DNA from: a virus
Length of the DNA stretch: 64,000 nucleotides
Virus record (IMG/VR): IMGVR_UViG_3300024262_003767
Reading direction: 5' to 3' (one strand)
Both the position numbers and the translations under genes were made by a program. The notes under the pieces are model-generated. The model was not told the origin of the DNA. It searched no databases and was given only the letters and a program-made list of their open reading frames with translations. Below are positions 26,773 to 36,650 of this stretch, in pieces. Positions within the stretch are counted from its first letter, which is position 1. Every line of letters begins with the position of its first letter.

Positions 26773-27324
26773 ATGGAACAATTAATTTGGAAAAAATGGA
26801 ATCGGGAAACTATTGATGATATCAATCAGTATGTCTTGGATTATGTAAAAAATGTTGATAGGAATGTTAAGATTATTGTTGGTTGTGACTCACATCCACA
26901 TAGAAGAAGATTAGTATATGCTGTCACTATTATTTTATATAATGAATCACTCAGAAAGGGTGCTCACGTTGTTTATGCTAAAGTAAAAATACCAAGATTG
27001 CGTGATGTTAGTGCAAAAATTAGAAAGGAAGCAGAATTTGTTTATACTGTTGCTGAATCCTTAGACCAAACATTAAGGGGCACTTACTATCATAAGTTTG
27101 ATAAAAATACTTACGATGATACTATCCCAACCAAATTAGTTGAAGTTCACGTTGATGTTAATCCTAAGAGAAACACAAGAAATGGTAGAAAATATTCAAA
27201 TAACTTATCTAATGATGTATATCAAGAAATTATGGGTTGGTTATGTGGTTCAGGTTTCAAGGTGTTCGCTAAACCACATGCGTATGGTTCAACTGGATCT
27301 GCGGATAAATTATCAAAAAGTTAA
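26773..27324 (+). CDS. YkuK/DUF458-like RNase H-fold protein
   Basis: IIVGCDSH, YAVTIILY, VEVHVDVNP, GSGFKVFAKPHAYGSTGSADKLSK match the recalled YkuK pattern. Confidence 0.55.
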   Translation: MEQLIWKKWNRETIDDINQYVLDYVKNVDRNVKIIVGCDSHPHRRRLVYAVTIILYNESLRKGAHVVYAKVKIPRLRDVSAKIRKEAEFVYTVAESLDQTLRGTYYHKFDKNTYDDTIPTKLVEVHVDVNPKRNTRNGRKYSNNLSNDVYQEIMGWLCGSGFKVFAKPHAYGSTGSADKLSKS

Positions 27325-27361
27325 ATTAAAAAGCCTAATTATATTAGGCTTTTTAATTTAA
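27321..27361. terminator. Bidirectional terminator, ~19-bp perfect palindrome including both stop codons
   Basis: ttaaattaaaaagcctaat tat attaggctttttaatttaa between convergent genes. Confidence 0.7.
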
Positions 27362-28216
27362 TTCACCTTCCCAAACAATTTTATATTCATATTTACCTGG
27401 TAGTAGTATAATTTCTCTTTGATTTGTATGGTAATATTGTGTTGGTAATTTCTGTACGTCAACTAGTACATCTTTAGGTTGTACTTCCATCATAATAACA
27501 AAAGGTGGTGATGATGGTTGTTCATCCACAAATCTTCTAGCCACTAATATATTTGTAGTCCAAGATGTCGACATATTGAAATCGGATATAACTTTTTCAC
27601 CAACTTTGTATGGTGGGGTTTTTTTTGAAAAATGTTTTATTTGAACTTCTTCAATACCTTTATAAATCTTTAAAGGTTTATCTGGTTTAAAAGGTTTTAA
27701 TTCGTCTATAATATCTTGTGTTAATTTTGATAATAACAAAGAGCCAGAACCTATATATGAATATAACCAATCATCAGTTTTTTCAGATAATTCAACATTT
27801 ATCCTTTCAGGTGTATGTTTATCATATTTAGTAAATCCTCCAATGTAACGAAAAGATATCACATCTCCATTTTTAATTCTTGCTAACCATTCACCTGTTA
27901 TTGAATGTTTATAAAAATAACCAGAATAATCATCAACATCAACTTCTTCATCTTCACTAAATCCAAAAAAATCTACAATTTGTTTATATAGAGGTTTTTT
28001 TGTTTTAATTTGATAGATATATTCACTATTTATATCAGATGCGTCTGCTCTATTTGTTAAATAGATTCTTTTTAAATGATTTAGATTACTAAAATCTATA
28101 TCTTCTAATTTTAATGGTTCATCAGAATATAAATATAAATTTCCATTATATGTTTTTTGATCGTAATCTACTTCATTATAATCTACAAGTTCAAATAATT
28201 TGAATTTAGTTATCAT
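27353..28216 (-). CDS. Candidate ADP-ribosyltransferase (C3/Vip2-like R-S-E class, variant K-STS-QxE) with unknown N-terminal domain
   Basis: KIYKG (aa 183-187), FNMSTSW (aa 213-219), TNQREIILLPGKYEYKI (aa 264-280; compare the C3 exoenzyme QxE ARTT loop as recalled, roughly Q.E.LLPR....Y.I). 11-nt overlap with the CCA-enzyme gene. Confidence 0.4.
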   Translation of the reverse strand: MITKFKLFELVDYNEVDYDQKTYNGNLYLYSDEPLKLEDIDFSNLNHLKRIYLTNRADASDINSEYIYQIKTKKPLYKQIVDFFGFSEDEEVDVDDYSGYFYKHSITGEWLARIKNGDVISFRYIGGFTKYDKHTPERINVELSEKTDDWLYSYIGSGSLLLSKLTQDIIDELKPFKPDKPLKIYKGIEEVQIKHFSKKTPPYKVGEKVISDFNMSTSWTTNILVARRFVDEQPSSPPFVIMMEVQPKDVLVDVQKLPTQYYHTNQREIILLPGKYEYKIVWEGELN

Positions 28217-29465
28217 TCATAAGATATTCATTTTTGAAACGCACAATCTCTCGTCTTTTCTTTTCTATTTCAATTTCAATTCCTTTGAAACCTTCAGCAG
28301 CTAAATCATTACCATTAACCACAAATCCATCATTACAATAATCAACAAATGGTTTATAGAATTCTTCACCCAAAAACTCATAAATTAAATCATCATCAAT
28401 ATGATATTGATTTTTCATTTTAGCCAAACCGTAAACATTTGAAACGTCAATGTTTTTAAATGATTTCCAATGTAAATCTAATTCCTTCTCAAGTTTGAGC
28501 AAAAATTCAATCTGGTTCACTAACTTGGAACTAAATTTCAATTCACTAATCATATATTTTCTCAATTTACGAATATCATTATCACGAAGTAAATGTGCAA
28601 ATAATATTGCGGAAATAGGTTTTGGTGTAAATCCATCGGGAGATATTTTCAATTTGGGAAACATTTGTTCCCACATATCATATTCAGTTAATAGTCTGAT
28701 ATAATTTTCTAATATTTTGTTTCCGCCTTTTTCTGCGTGTTCAATTACCTTATTCCATTCTTCATGTATTCTTTCTTGTGATACATCTTCTTTGGTACTT
28801 ATACCACGTAGTCTGTTATCACTTTTAATGGCTCTTGATGTCTCAGGTGATATGATACCACCTTTTCTACCTTGGGCTCTTGCAGCGAATCTAAATACTC
28901 TTAAAATTCTTAATCTATCTTCTTTAAATCTCTCAGCAGGATCACCAACAGCACGTATAACATTATTTTCAATATCTTTAACTCCACCAACCAAATCTAC
29001 AATTTCTTTTTTATTTATATCATAGAAAAGAGCATTGATAGTTAAATCTCTACGTTTAACATCATCTTCGATTGTAATATGGTTTCCAATTTCTACTTTA
29101 TCATCATCACCTTTTGTATCTCTACCTCCAGAAATATCTTTTCTAAAAGTTGCTAATTCGTGTCCGAGTGGTTCATCTTCAGTATAAATTCTAAGTACGC
29201 CAAAATTTTTACCTTGTTCATCAGAAACATTCCAACCTTTCAAAATTCTTTTACTTTCTTCTGGTAGAGCATTTGTGACTAAATCAAAATCATGTGGTAT
29301 CTTTTTTTGCAAAAAATCACGAACCGCTCCACCAACAACATAGATATCTTTACCAGCATTATTGAAGGCTCTTGATATTTCTTTAATGTCATAAGGAATA
29401 GGCATCTCAACAGAGATAGTATTTTCAGTTATAAATTCTAAATATTTTTTTAATTTTTCTACCAT
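28206..29465 (-). CDS. cca: tRNA nucleotidyltransferase (CCA-adding enzyme / poly(A) polymerase family)
   Basis: VVGGAVRDFLQKKIPHDFDLVT, RRDLTINALFYD, ERFKEDRLRILRVFRFAAR. Confidence 0.85.
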   Translation of the reverse strand: MVEKLKKYLEFITENTISVEMPIPYDIKEISRAFNNAGKDIYVVGGAVRDFLQKKIPHDFDLVTNALPEESKRILKGWNVSDEQGKNFGVLRIYTEDEPLGHELATFRKDISGGRDTKGDDDKVEIGNHITIEDDVKRRDLTINALFYDINKKEIVDLVGGVKDIENNVIRAVGDPAERFKEDRLRILRVFRFAARAQGRKGGIISPETSRAIKSDNRLRGISTKEDVSQERIHEEWNKVIEHAEKGGNKILENYIRLLTEYDMWEQMFPKLKISPDGFTPKPISAILFAHLLRDNDIRKLRKYMISELKFSSKLVNQIEFLLKLEKELDLHWKSFKNIDVSNVYGLAKMKNQYHIDDDLIYEFLGEEFYKPFVDYCNDGFVVNGNDLAAEGFKGIEIEIEKKRREIVRFKNEYLMNDN

Positions 29466-29499
29466 TTTACAAAGATAAGGTTTTTCTGTTTACATTTTT

Positions 29500-29507
29500 T
29501 ATATATA
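29500..29507. promoter_or_regulatory. TATATATA box in a divergent region
   Basis: 22 nt from the plus-strand ATG at 29530; 34 nt from the cca ATG at 29465. Confidence 0.4.
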
Positions 29508-29529
29508 TTAAAAAGAATTTTTTAGTTTC

Positions 29530-30435
29530 ATGAAAATAAAATTATTTGAAAATTTTGGGGGTGACACTATATTAGATAAACCTTTTGTTAAAAAAATAAG
29601 AGGTAAATATTTTTTACCAAATGTTGACTTTACCTGTTTTGATTTGAATTGTCTTAAAACCAGCAAAAAATTATCTACACTTAATTATTCATCACTTATT
29701 AGATTTTATTTATTTGTTTGGTTGTTAAAATATAATGGTACTGATGATTGGACTAATTATATTATTAGTGTTTTGAAAGATCCATCTAATCCAACATATG
29801 ATAAAGTGTGGAGAAATTTAAATCAGATGGGAAATAATAACGCAGTTCTCAAATATTTTAAATCTAAACTTGGGTTAAATATAAAAGATAATAAAGATGA
29901 TAATATTGATACTCTCACCAAAATGGATGAAATGAAAGATATGCTATTTAATGATATGAATTTTAGAGAAATAACATCTATTGTAAGTGATTTAACTAAA
30001 AAGGCAACAGAAAGTGAAACTAATGTTAAATTTTTCTTGAAAAGAATATGGGGTAAATATTATAAGATTAACGACCCTACTGATGCGGAAGATATAAAAG
30101 GTGTTGATTTATGGAGGTTGAATATTAAAACTGGTGATAGAGATAGATTACAAGTTAAAAATATTAGTGAAAGTGTAAGTGTTAATGTGTCTGGTGAAAC
30201 AATTGCGATTAAACCTTCAAGAATAGATCTAAGAGATTACTATTCAGGTACAGATACTTTAAAATTTGACTATTTAATTTTATATGATAAATTTAGAGAA
30301 AAATTGTGGGTTATAAATGGTAAAGCCATTTTCAAAATTAAGAAATATGATAGTATGGTTTTAATTATTTTGAAAAAATGGGATCCTAAATATAATCCTA
30401 TGAAAGAGTATGATATACCTAAAAGATTTACTTAA
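29530..30435 (+). CDS. Hypothetical protein
   Basis: ORF track; TATATATA box 22 nt upstream. Confidence 0.5.
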   Translation: MKIKLFENFGGDTILDKPFVKKIRGKYFLPNVDFTCFDLNCLKTSKKLSTLNYSSLIRFYLFVWLLKYNGTDDWTNYIISVLKDPSNPTYDKVWRNLNQMGNNNAVLKYFKSKLGLNIKDNKDDNIDTLTKMDEMKDMLFNDMNFREITSIVSDLTKKATESETNVKFFLKRIWGKYYKINDPTDAEDIKGVDLWRLNIKTGDRDRLQVKNISESVSVNVSGETIAIKPSRIDLRDYYSGTDTLKFDYLILYDKFREKLWVINGKAIFKIKKYDSMVLIILKKWDPKYNPMKEYDIPKRFT

Positions 30436-31357
30436 TAGATTCTAAATAAGATTCATATGTCATTTTAATACCTTCTTCTAGAGAATATTTATGTTTCCAA
30501 CCTAAATTGTGTAATTTATCAACATTCAATAATTTTCTTGGTGTACCATCAGGTTTAGTTGTATCATATTTAATTTCACCTTCATAACCAATAACGTTTT
30601 TCATTATTTCAACTAATTCTGTAATCGACACATCTTCACCTGTTCCAATATTTACAATTTCACCATCTTCATATGTTTGCATCAAATAAAAACACGCATC
30701 AGCAACATCATCAACATATAAAAATTCACGTTTTGGTGTTCCTGTTCCCCACATTTCAATAAATGGTGTGTTGTTTATTTTAGCTTCATGAACTTTTCTA
30801 ATTAACGCAGGAAAAACGTGAGATGTTTCTAAATTATAATTATCATTTGGTCCATATAAATTTGTTGGCATCATTGAGATAAATTTAGTGCCATATTGAT
30901 TGTTATAACTTTGGCACATTTTAATTCCTGCAATTTTTGCAGTTGCATAAGCGTCATTAGTTGGTTCTAAGTAACCACTCATCAATTCAGATTCTTCTAT
31001 TGGTTGTTTTGCAAATTTTGGATAAATACAAGAACTACCTAAAAACAACAATTTTTTAACACCAAATACACAAGAATTATGAATTAAATTGTTTTGTATT
31101 TGTAAATTATCATAAATAAATTCTGCTGGATAATCTTTATTTGCCATTATACCACCAACTTTAGCCGCTGCGATAAAAACATAATCTGGTTTTTCTTCTT
31201 CAAAAAATTTTTGAGTATCGATTTGATTTTTTAAATCCAGTTGTGAATGTGTTCTAGTTATTATATTTTCATATCCTTCAGATTGTAATTTTCTAACAAT
31301 TGCACTTCCAACCATACCTCTATGACCTGCAACATAAATTTTATCATATTTATCCAT
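30428..31357 (-). CDS. fcl: GDP-L-fucose synthase (GDP-4-keto-6-deoxymannose 3,5-epimerase/4-reductase)
   Basis: [63 protein letters not shown]; full-length similarity. Confidence 0.9.
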   Translation of the reverse strand: MDKYDKIYVAGHRGMVGSAIVRKLQSEGYENIITRTHSQLDLKNQIDTQKFFEEEKPDYVFIAAAKVGGIMANKDYPAEFIYDNLQIQNNLIHNSCVFGVKKLLFLGSSCIYPKFAKQPIEESELMSGYLEPTNDAYATAKIAGIKMCQSYNNQYGTKFISMMPTNLYGPNDNYNLETSHVFPALIRKVHEAKINNTPFIEMWGTGTPKREFLYVDDVADACFYLMQTYEDGEIVNIGTGEDVSITELVEIMKNVIGYEGEIKYDTTKPDGTPRKLLNVDKLHNLGWKHKYSLEEGIKMTYESYLESIK

Positions 31358-31366
31358 TTAATAATA

Positions 31367-31774
31367 TTATTTTTTTTGAAACTTTTTTATACGCTTAATA
31401 GTTTCTTTAAGATCTTCTTCATAATATAATATTAAAAAGTCAACATCCCTCTCATTAATATTATATCTTTTCATTAAATCATCTATCTCTTCTTTTTTAA
31501 ATTTAGATTTGATTTTTGTGGTTTTATTTATTTTAGTTTGCCAATACCAACCAGGTATATTTGTTGTACTACCAAATATTGCGAACCAAATATCTAATGA
31601 TGATGGTTTATTTATATTTTTATTATTAAAAAATTGTGCTTTTTTTATATCCTTATAGGCGAATTTGCGATTGAGAATAAAAAAATTTCTTTCTTTATCA
31701 TCATCAGTAATAAACCTATATTTATCTTTATCTTTGAAGATGATGTTTCCTAAACTTATAAAATCAATTGCCAT
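31367..31774 (-). CDS. Hypothetical protein
   Basis: ORF track; 1-nt overlap with upstream kinase gene. Confidence 0.5.
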   Translation of the reverse strand: MAIDFISLGNIIFKDKDKYRFITDDDKERNFFILNRKFAYKDIKKAQFFNNKNINKPSSLDIWFAIFGSTTNIPGWYWQTKINKTTKIKSKFKKEEIDDLMKRYNINERDVDFLILYYEEDLKETIKRIKKFQKK

Positions 31775-33954
31775 TAATAAAATTGTTTAAATATTTTTGA
31801 GATTTTTTCTTTTGTTATTGGTTTTACAATTTGAAAATCTATATTCTTCTCTACCATATCTGTGGTAGATATTGTAATTATAGTTAACTCTTCATCTATT
31901 TGTTTTAATTTTTCTATGAAATCTAGTATATTAATATTTGATAAACTCATATCTATAAATATTGCATCAATATCACCTAATTTTTCTTCAAGTACATCAA
32001 GTGTTTCCTTTGATGATAGTGTCCATTTAATTTTAACATTCATAGATTTTAACATTATACCTAATAATGAATAGTTTTCAGGTATATCTTCTAATACTAT
32101 CACTTTAATATTAGAAAAATCATACACAATTTTATTAACTTGTTTTGTTTGAATATTTTGAACTTCTTGTAATGGAAGAGTAAAAAAGAATGTGCTTCCT
32201 TCTTTTTGAGTTGAATCTACCCATATATTTCCACCAAGTATATTAACTATACTTTTTGCGATAGATAATCCCAATCCTGTACCTTGGTATTGTTTTTTTG
32301 ATGATGCATCAACTTGCATAAATTTATCAAAAACTATTTCTAATTTATCTTCTGGAATACCAATACCAGTATCTTCAACAAAGAATGTTATAATATTGTC
32401 TTTTATTCTTGTACCAATTCTTATATGTCCACTTTCAGTAAATTTAATTGCATTACTAATCAAATTATATAATACCTGTTTTAATCTAAGAAAATCAGAC
32501 ACTATTATTTCATTATCTTCTCGTTTTTCGAAAGTTAATTTTACCGAATCTATATTCTTTCTAATATTTATATCTATAAAAATTTCTTCTAATTCTTCAA
32601 ATAAATCATTGATTGGGAATCGTTCATATAATAGTTCTAAATTTAATTCACCTGCTTCAATTTTAGCATAATCTAATATGTTATTTAATAATTCTTCTAA
32701 ATGTTTTGCATTAGCATTTATAGTTTTAAGAAATTTTTTATTATTGGTAGTATCAAACTTATCATCTAATAATATATCTGAAAAGCCTATAATCGAATTC
32801 ATTGGCGTTCTTATTTCGTGACTCATATTTGCCAAAAATAGTGACTTTAAAAGATCACTTTTTTCTGCTTCTATTTTTGATTTTTCTAATTCTATTTTAA
32901 TATTTTCTTGTTCTGTAATATCTTTACAATGAATTGCAATATACTCCGTTGAGCCATTATCATTTAAAATGGGATATATGTAATTTTCAAAATATTTATT
33001 ATTTATAACATCAATAAAATGTACTGGTTTGCCTGTAAATATTGCTTCAAGTGTTCTTTTTCTTTTGGGTTCTACACTCTCTTTAGGTAAAATCTGTGAT
33101 ATGTTCACTCCTACTAATTCTTCTCTTGTTTTATTAAAATATTTACAACCTCTATCATTTATTGCTAATAACTCACCTACTTTATTTGTTAAATAAGATG
33201 CACTTAATGTTGAATTTATAATATCTAAGTGTTGTCTCTCCTTTATTTTCATATCAGTAATATCTTGAAATATGGTAACAAAACGATGTGAGTTTTGTTT
33301 ATATGCATCAATTAAAAACCATTTCTGAAAAATATATGAATATTTTTCAAAATGTAAAGTCTTATTATCAGTAAATATTTGAGAATATATCCTTATCCAT
33401 TCACTCGAATCTTTATCTAATATTTCAGTTATATTTTTTCCAATAATTTCTGAATCTAAACCTGTGGTTTCGGTGAACGCTTTATTTATTCTAACAAATT
33501 TATAATCAATAGGTTTGCCACTATTATCAAATATCATTTCATGTAGAGAAAATGCTCGACTCATATTATCAATAATCTTTTCAAGTTCTTCACTTTTAAA
33601 AATATAATCTTTACTTATTTGAGATAAATGTTTTTCATCTTGATATACAACATGTACAAAATTTTCCTCACCTCGATAGATATAATTATATCTCCAACGA
33701 TTAAATTTATCGTCTTTATACTCTTTTAATTCGTGTGTCATACATTCTCCACTATCATACACTTTTAATATTTTATCATAAATACCAAAGTCGATTACTT
33801 TAGAAAAAACATCAACCAATTTTTTATCAATAACATCATATTCAATTCTTTCTACCGTATAAAAATTTTCTGATACTTCGTGAAAATATATATCTTCATC
33901 GATAATTTTATATGTGATAGAAACAAAATCAAAAATTTTTTCAAAATTTTTCAT
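31774..33954 (-). CDS. Soluble PAS-PAS hybrid sensor histidine kinase with C-terminal receiver domain
   Basis: H-box FLANMSHEIRTPMNSIIGF, N-box NLISNAIKFT, G1 DTGIGI, G2 GTGLGLSI. Receiver IKVIVLED..AIFIDMSL..IITIST..IVKPI. No TM segment. Confidence 0.85.
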   Translation of the reverse strand: MKNFEKIFDFVSITYKIIDEDIYFHEVSENFYTVERIEYDVIDKKLVDVFSKVIDFGIYDKILKVYDSGECMTHELKEYKDDKFNRWRYNYIYRGEENFVHVVYQDEKHLSQISKDYIFKSEELEKIIDNMSRAFSLHEMIFDNSGKPIDYKFVRINKAFTETTGLDSEIIGKNITEILDKDSSEWIRIYSQIFTDNKTLHFEKYSYIFQKWFLIDAYKQNSHRFVTIFQDITDMKIKERQHLDIINSTLSASYLTNKVGELLAINDRGCKYFNKTREELVGVNISQILPKESVEPKRKRTLEAIFTGKPVHFIDVINNKYFENYIYPILNDNGSTEYIAIHCKDITEQENIKIELEKSKIEAEKSDLLKSLFLANMSHEIRTPMNSIIGFSDILLDDKFDTTNNKKFLKTINANAKHLEELLNNILDYAKIEAGELNLELLYERFPINDLFEELEEIFIDINIRKNIDSVKLTFEKREDNEIIVSDFLRLKQVLYNLISNAIKFTESGHIRIGTRIKDNIITFFVEDTGIGIPEDKLEIVFDKFMQVDASSKKQYQGTGLGLSIAKSIVNILGGNIWVDSTQKEGSTFFFTLPLQEVQNIQTKQVNKIVYDFSNIKVIVLEDIPENYSLLGIMLKSMNVKIKWTLSSKETLDVLEEKLGDIDAIFIDMSLSNINILDFIEKLKQIDEELTIITISTTDMVEKNIDFQIVKPITKEKISKIFKQFY

Positions 33955-33955
33955 A

Positions 33956-34525
33956 TCATTTTAATTTTTTGAAACAAACTCTACATAAAGGTTTATAACT
34001 TTCATTACCACCAATTTCTATTTGTTCTCCTTCGGTAACTATAATATTATCTTTAAATCTACTATTTACAATGGCTTTTTTGTTTTTACATTCAGAACAT
34101 ATCGTTTTTATTTCTTCTATACTATCTGCCATCGTCATTAAATATTTTGAACCTTCAAATGGTTCCAATCTATAGTCTGATCTTAAACCATAACATATTA
34201 CAGGTATGTTTAATATATCGACAATATCTGACAATTGAAAAATGTGGTCTTTTGTTAAAAATTGTGATTCGTCCACTAAAATAGCCTTTATTTCATATGC
34301 CATTGGTTTAACATATTGGTATATATTTAATTTTTTATCTACAGGAATTGCAGGTTTACTTAAACCTACCCGAGACTTAACCACACCTTCTCCATACCTA
34401 GTATCTAAGGCTGATGTGAAGATTAAAATTTTTTCATTATTCTCTTCATAATTATATGAAACTTTCAGTAAATCAAGGCTTTTACCAGCACCCATGCTGG
34501 AATATCGGAAAAATAATTTTGCCAT
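33956..34525 (-). CDS. tdk: Thymidine kinase
   Basis: P-loop SSMGAGKS, VDESQFL, zinc site CSECKNK..CRVCF. Confidence 0.9.
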   Translation of the reverse strand: MAKLFFRYSSMGAGKSLDLLKVSYNYEENNEKILIFTSALDTRYGEGVVKSRVGLSKPAIPVDKKLNIYQYVKPMAYEIKAILVDESQFLTKDHIFQLSDIVDILNIPVICYGLRSDYRLEPFEGSKYLMTMADSIEEIKTICSECKNKKAIVNSRFKDNIIVTEGEQIEIGGNESYKPLCRVCFKKLK

Positions 34526-34572
34526 TTTTTTAATTATTTTTTGTAAAAAGTCATTTTATATTCTCATAATTT

Positions 34573-34580
34573 TATATATA
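34573..34580. promoter_or_regulatory. TATATATA box in the tdk-divergent region
   Basis: 47 nt from the tdk ATG at 34525; 83 nt from the plus-strand ATG at 34664. Confidence 0.3.
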
Positions 34581-34663
34581 CTTTCGATGACTTTAGTTAT
34601 TATAATTCCGAATTTTATAAAGGTTGAATTCTCAGCCTTATTTTTAAAAAATAATCATTCATT

Positions 34664-34876
34664 ATGGAAGATGTTAAAAAATCTAATGGTAATTTACCAT
34701 GGAAGCTTGTATGGGATGCTGAAACAAAAGAAGTTTTGTTTTGCAATAAAATTGATGGGGAATTTGAAACAATCAACGAACTCTTTGAGTCAAAAACGAA
34801 AGTTGATGTTTTTAGAAAAATAGATGAATTGGGACTCAAATATAACCCAAGTATTTTAGAAGAAGAATGGGTATAA
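34664..34876 (+). CDS. Hypothetical protein
   Basis: ORF track; followed by terminator. Preferred over overlapping ORFs 34494..34823 and 34615..34839. Confidence 0.45.
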   Translation: MEDVKKSNGNLPWKLVWDAETKEVLFCNKIDGEFETINELFESKTKVDVFRKIDELGLKYNPSILEEEWV

Positions 34877-34916
34877 AATAAAAAAAGGGAGATGAAAGTC
34901 TCCCTTTTTTTTATTT
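34876..34916. terminator. Bidirectional terminator
   Basis: aaataaaaaaa gggaga tgaaag tctccc ttttttttattt between convergent genes. Confidence 0.7.
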
Positions 34917-35438
34917 GTAATATAAGTTGTCAAGTTCTTTCCACATATCAGGATATAAACCTCTAACTTTTAATGCGTACTTAAAGATTGGATATTCTTT
35001 TTTATACATTTGAAATAGAGAATCACCATTTGAGTTTGTTTCAAATGATTTTTTACTATTTCGAGTATTTGCGATTCTATCACAAAGTTTTACAAAAATT
35101 GAAAAATCACAACCCCAAATTTTAGGATATGTTTTGAAGTTTTTTTCTTTTCTATCTAATCCTCTTTCATTTGATACATTGAAGATAATTCTACTTACTC
35201 GTTCATTTGTCCATTGAACAATATCTCTTACTGAAACTTCTGTATCTTCTATTAAATCATGACCCAAACAAGCGTGTTCAACATCTTCTTTATCTTCATC
35301 TTTTAGGTAATACTCATATTCTTTCATCACATCGACTACATCTTGTAGATGTTTTGAATAAGGTGCGGAACCGTAACGTTGTGAGCCTGAAGGTTGGTTG
35401 TGTTTTTCTGTTACAAAGATTTTAAATTTTTCGTTCAT
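34911..35438 (-). CDS. HD-domain phosphohydrolase, RelA/SpoT-type (small alarmone hydrolase-like)
   Basis: PYSKHLQDV ... HACLGHDLIEDT; compare the SpoT/Mesh1 LLHDxxEDT motif. Confidence 0.55.
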   Translation of the reverse strand: MNEKFKIFVTEKHNQPSGSQRYGSAPYSKHLQDVVDVMKEYEYYLKDEDKEDVEHACLGHDLIEDTEVSVRDIVQWTNERVSRIIFNVSNERGLDRKEKNFKTYPKIWGCDFSIFVKLCDRIANTRNSKKSFETNSNGDSLFQMYKKEYPIFKYALKVRGLYPDMWKELDNLYYK

Positions 35439-35490
35439 AGTTTTTATCTCCTTTCTTTTGCTAAGATAATAAATATTGTTGAATAAAAAA

Positions 35491-35772
35491 TTAAATATTA
35501 AGCTTATTTTTATTCTTGATAGCAGTTTTTAAGAGATACTTCATTAGAGCATCAAATTTAATTCCTTTTTCTTGACATAGTTCTGATGTTTCTTTTAACA
35601 ATTCATCATCCAAATCTAACAAAACAACATTATCACTTTCTACATAAAACTTGGAGAAGTTTCTGAGAACTTCAGACATTGTTTTATTTTTATCATCACA
35701 AGTCTCTTGAAAATACCCATACAACTCTTCTGATATTCTTAATTTTAAAAATTTTTGTTTTTCCATAGACAT
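35491..35772 (-). CDS. Ribbon-helix-helix-like protein (two RHH-like repeats)
   Basis: FLKLRISEELYGYFQETCDDKNKTMSEVLRNF and VLLDLDDELLKETSELCQEKGIKFDALMKYLL. Confidence 0.4.
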   Translation of the reverse strand: MSMEKQKFLKLRISEELYGYFQETCDDKNKTMSEVLRNFSKFYVESDNVVLLDLDDELLKETSELCQEKGIKFDALMKYLLKTAIKNKNKLNI

Positions 35773-35799
35773 ATATATTATAGAAATTGAGGAAAGTTT

Positions 35800-36228
35800 T
35801 TATAAATAAATTGGATCTCTATATGGATATAATTGATTAAAGAGGTTATTATAAAAATCTAATGACTCTCTTGAAAATATATTATCATAGGAATCTAATA
35901 TAGTATCTGTCACTAATGAAATCATACTACCTTCATACTCATTAATATTAACTACGTATAGTCTATCTTTAAAAGATAATAACCAATAATAATTAACACC
36001 ATCTTCATCAATGTATGGTGTTCCAAATTTTAATTTCATCAAAGCTATTGGTATACCGTGCGGGTTTCTTGTTTTTCTAATTTCATCAGAAGAATCGTAA
36101 AATTTACTTATAAAATAATGTGCGTTTGATATTGGTTCTCTATCATTTTCTTCTAAGAATTTTTTCAATTCATAGTCTGATTTATGTACTTTTTCTATTT
36201 TAGAAAATGTTTTAAGTGAATCTAACAT
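35800..36228 (-). CDS. Hypothetical protein
   Basis: ORF track. Confidence 0.5.
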   Translation of the reverse strand: MLDSLKTFSKIEKVHKSDYELKKFLEENDREPISNAHYFISKFYDSSDEIRKTRNPHGIPIALMKLKFGTPYIDEDGVNYYWLLSFKDRLYVVNINEYEGSMISLVTDTILDSYDNIFSRESLDFYNNLFNQLYPYRDPIYL

Positions 36229-36229
36229 A

Positions 36230-36649
36230 TTATATATATTTTTCTTTTATTATTACAATTTCTCTTGCTTTTGAGTTATGAAATTTTCTGATAAATCTAT
36301 CAAGAGTGCGAACAAAATCATCATTATGGTTTGCTCCTGATTTAAAATGGTAATTGTGTGCGTGTGCGAATTCGTGAACTAATGTACCAACACTTTTGTC
36401 ACAATTTGCAATGGTGACAAAAGGTTTACCTCTCCTTTTACCACCCCAAGAACGATTACAATTTCTGAAATTGATATTCAATTCCATTTGGCATGAACGA
36501 GCCAACCATTTCAGTATTGTTTCAGATTCTTCTTGTGTTACACGAATCTTATTATATTTAAGTAATAACTCATATTCTTTGGTTTTATATGAAACCATAT
36601 GATATTCCCCTGGTATTTTTTCACGATTAGTGTACGTTGTTAATTTCAT
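36230..36649 (-). CDS. SprT-like zinc metallopeptidase-fold protein
   Basis: HExxH as TLVHEFAHAHNYH, with a downstream H..D. Confidence 0.45.
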   Translation of the reverse strand: MKLTTYTNREKIPGEYHMVSYKTKEYELLLKYNKIRVTQEESETILKWLARSCQMELNINFRNCNRSWGGKRRGKPFVTIANCDKSVGTLVHEFAHAHNYHFKSGANHNDDFVRTLDRFIRKFHNSKAREIVIIKEKYI

Positions 36650-36650
36650 A

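Noticed and set aside
34494-34839. Overlapping ORFs 34494..34823 (plus) and 34615..34839 (minus)
   Set aside because: The frame 34664..34876 gives a normal-composition protein that ends right at a bidirectional terminator. The other two are low-complexity and would span the tdk promoter region.
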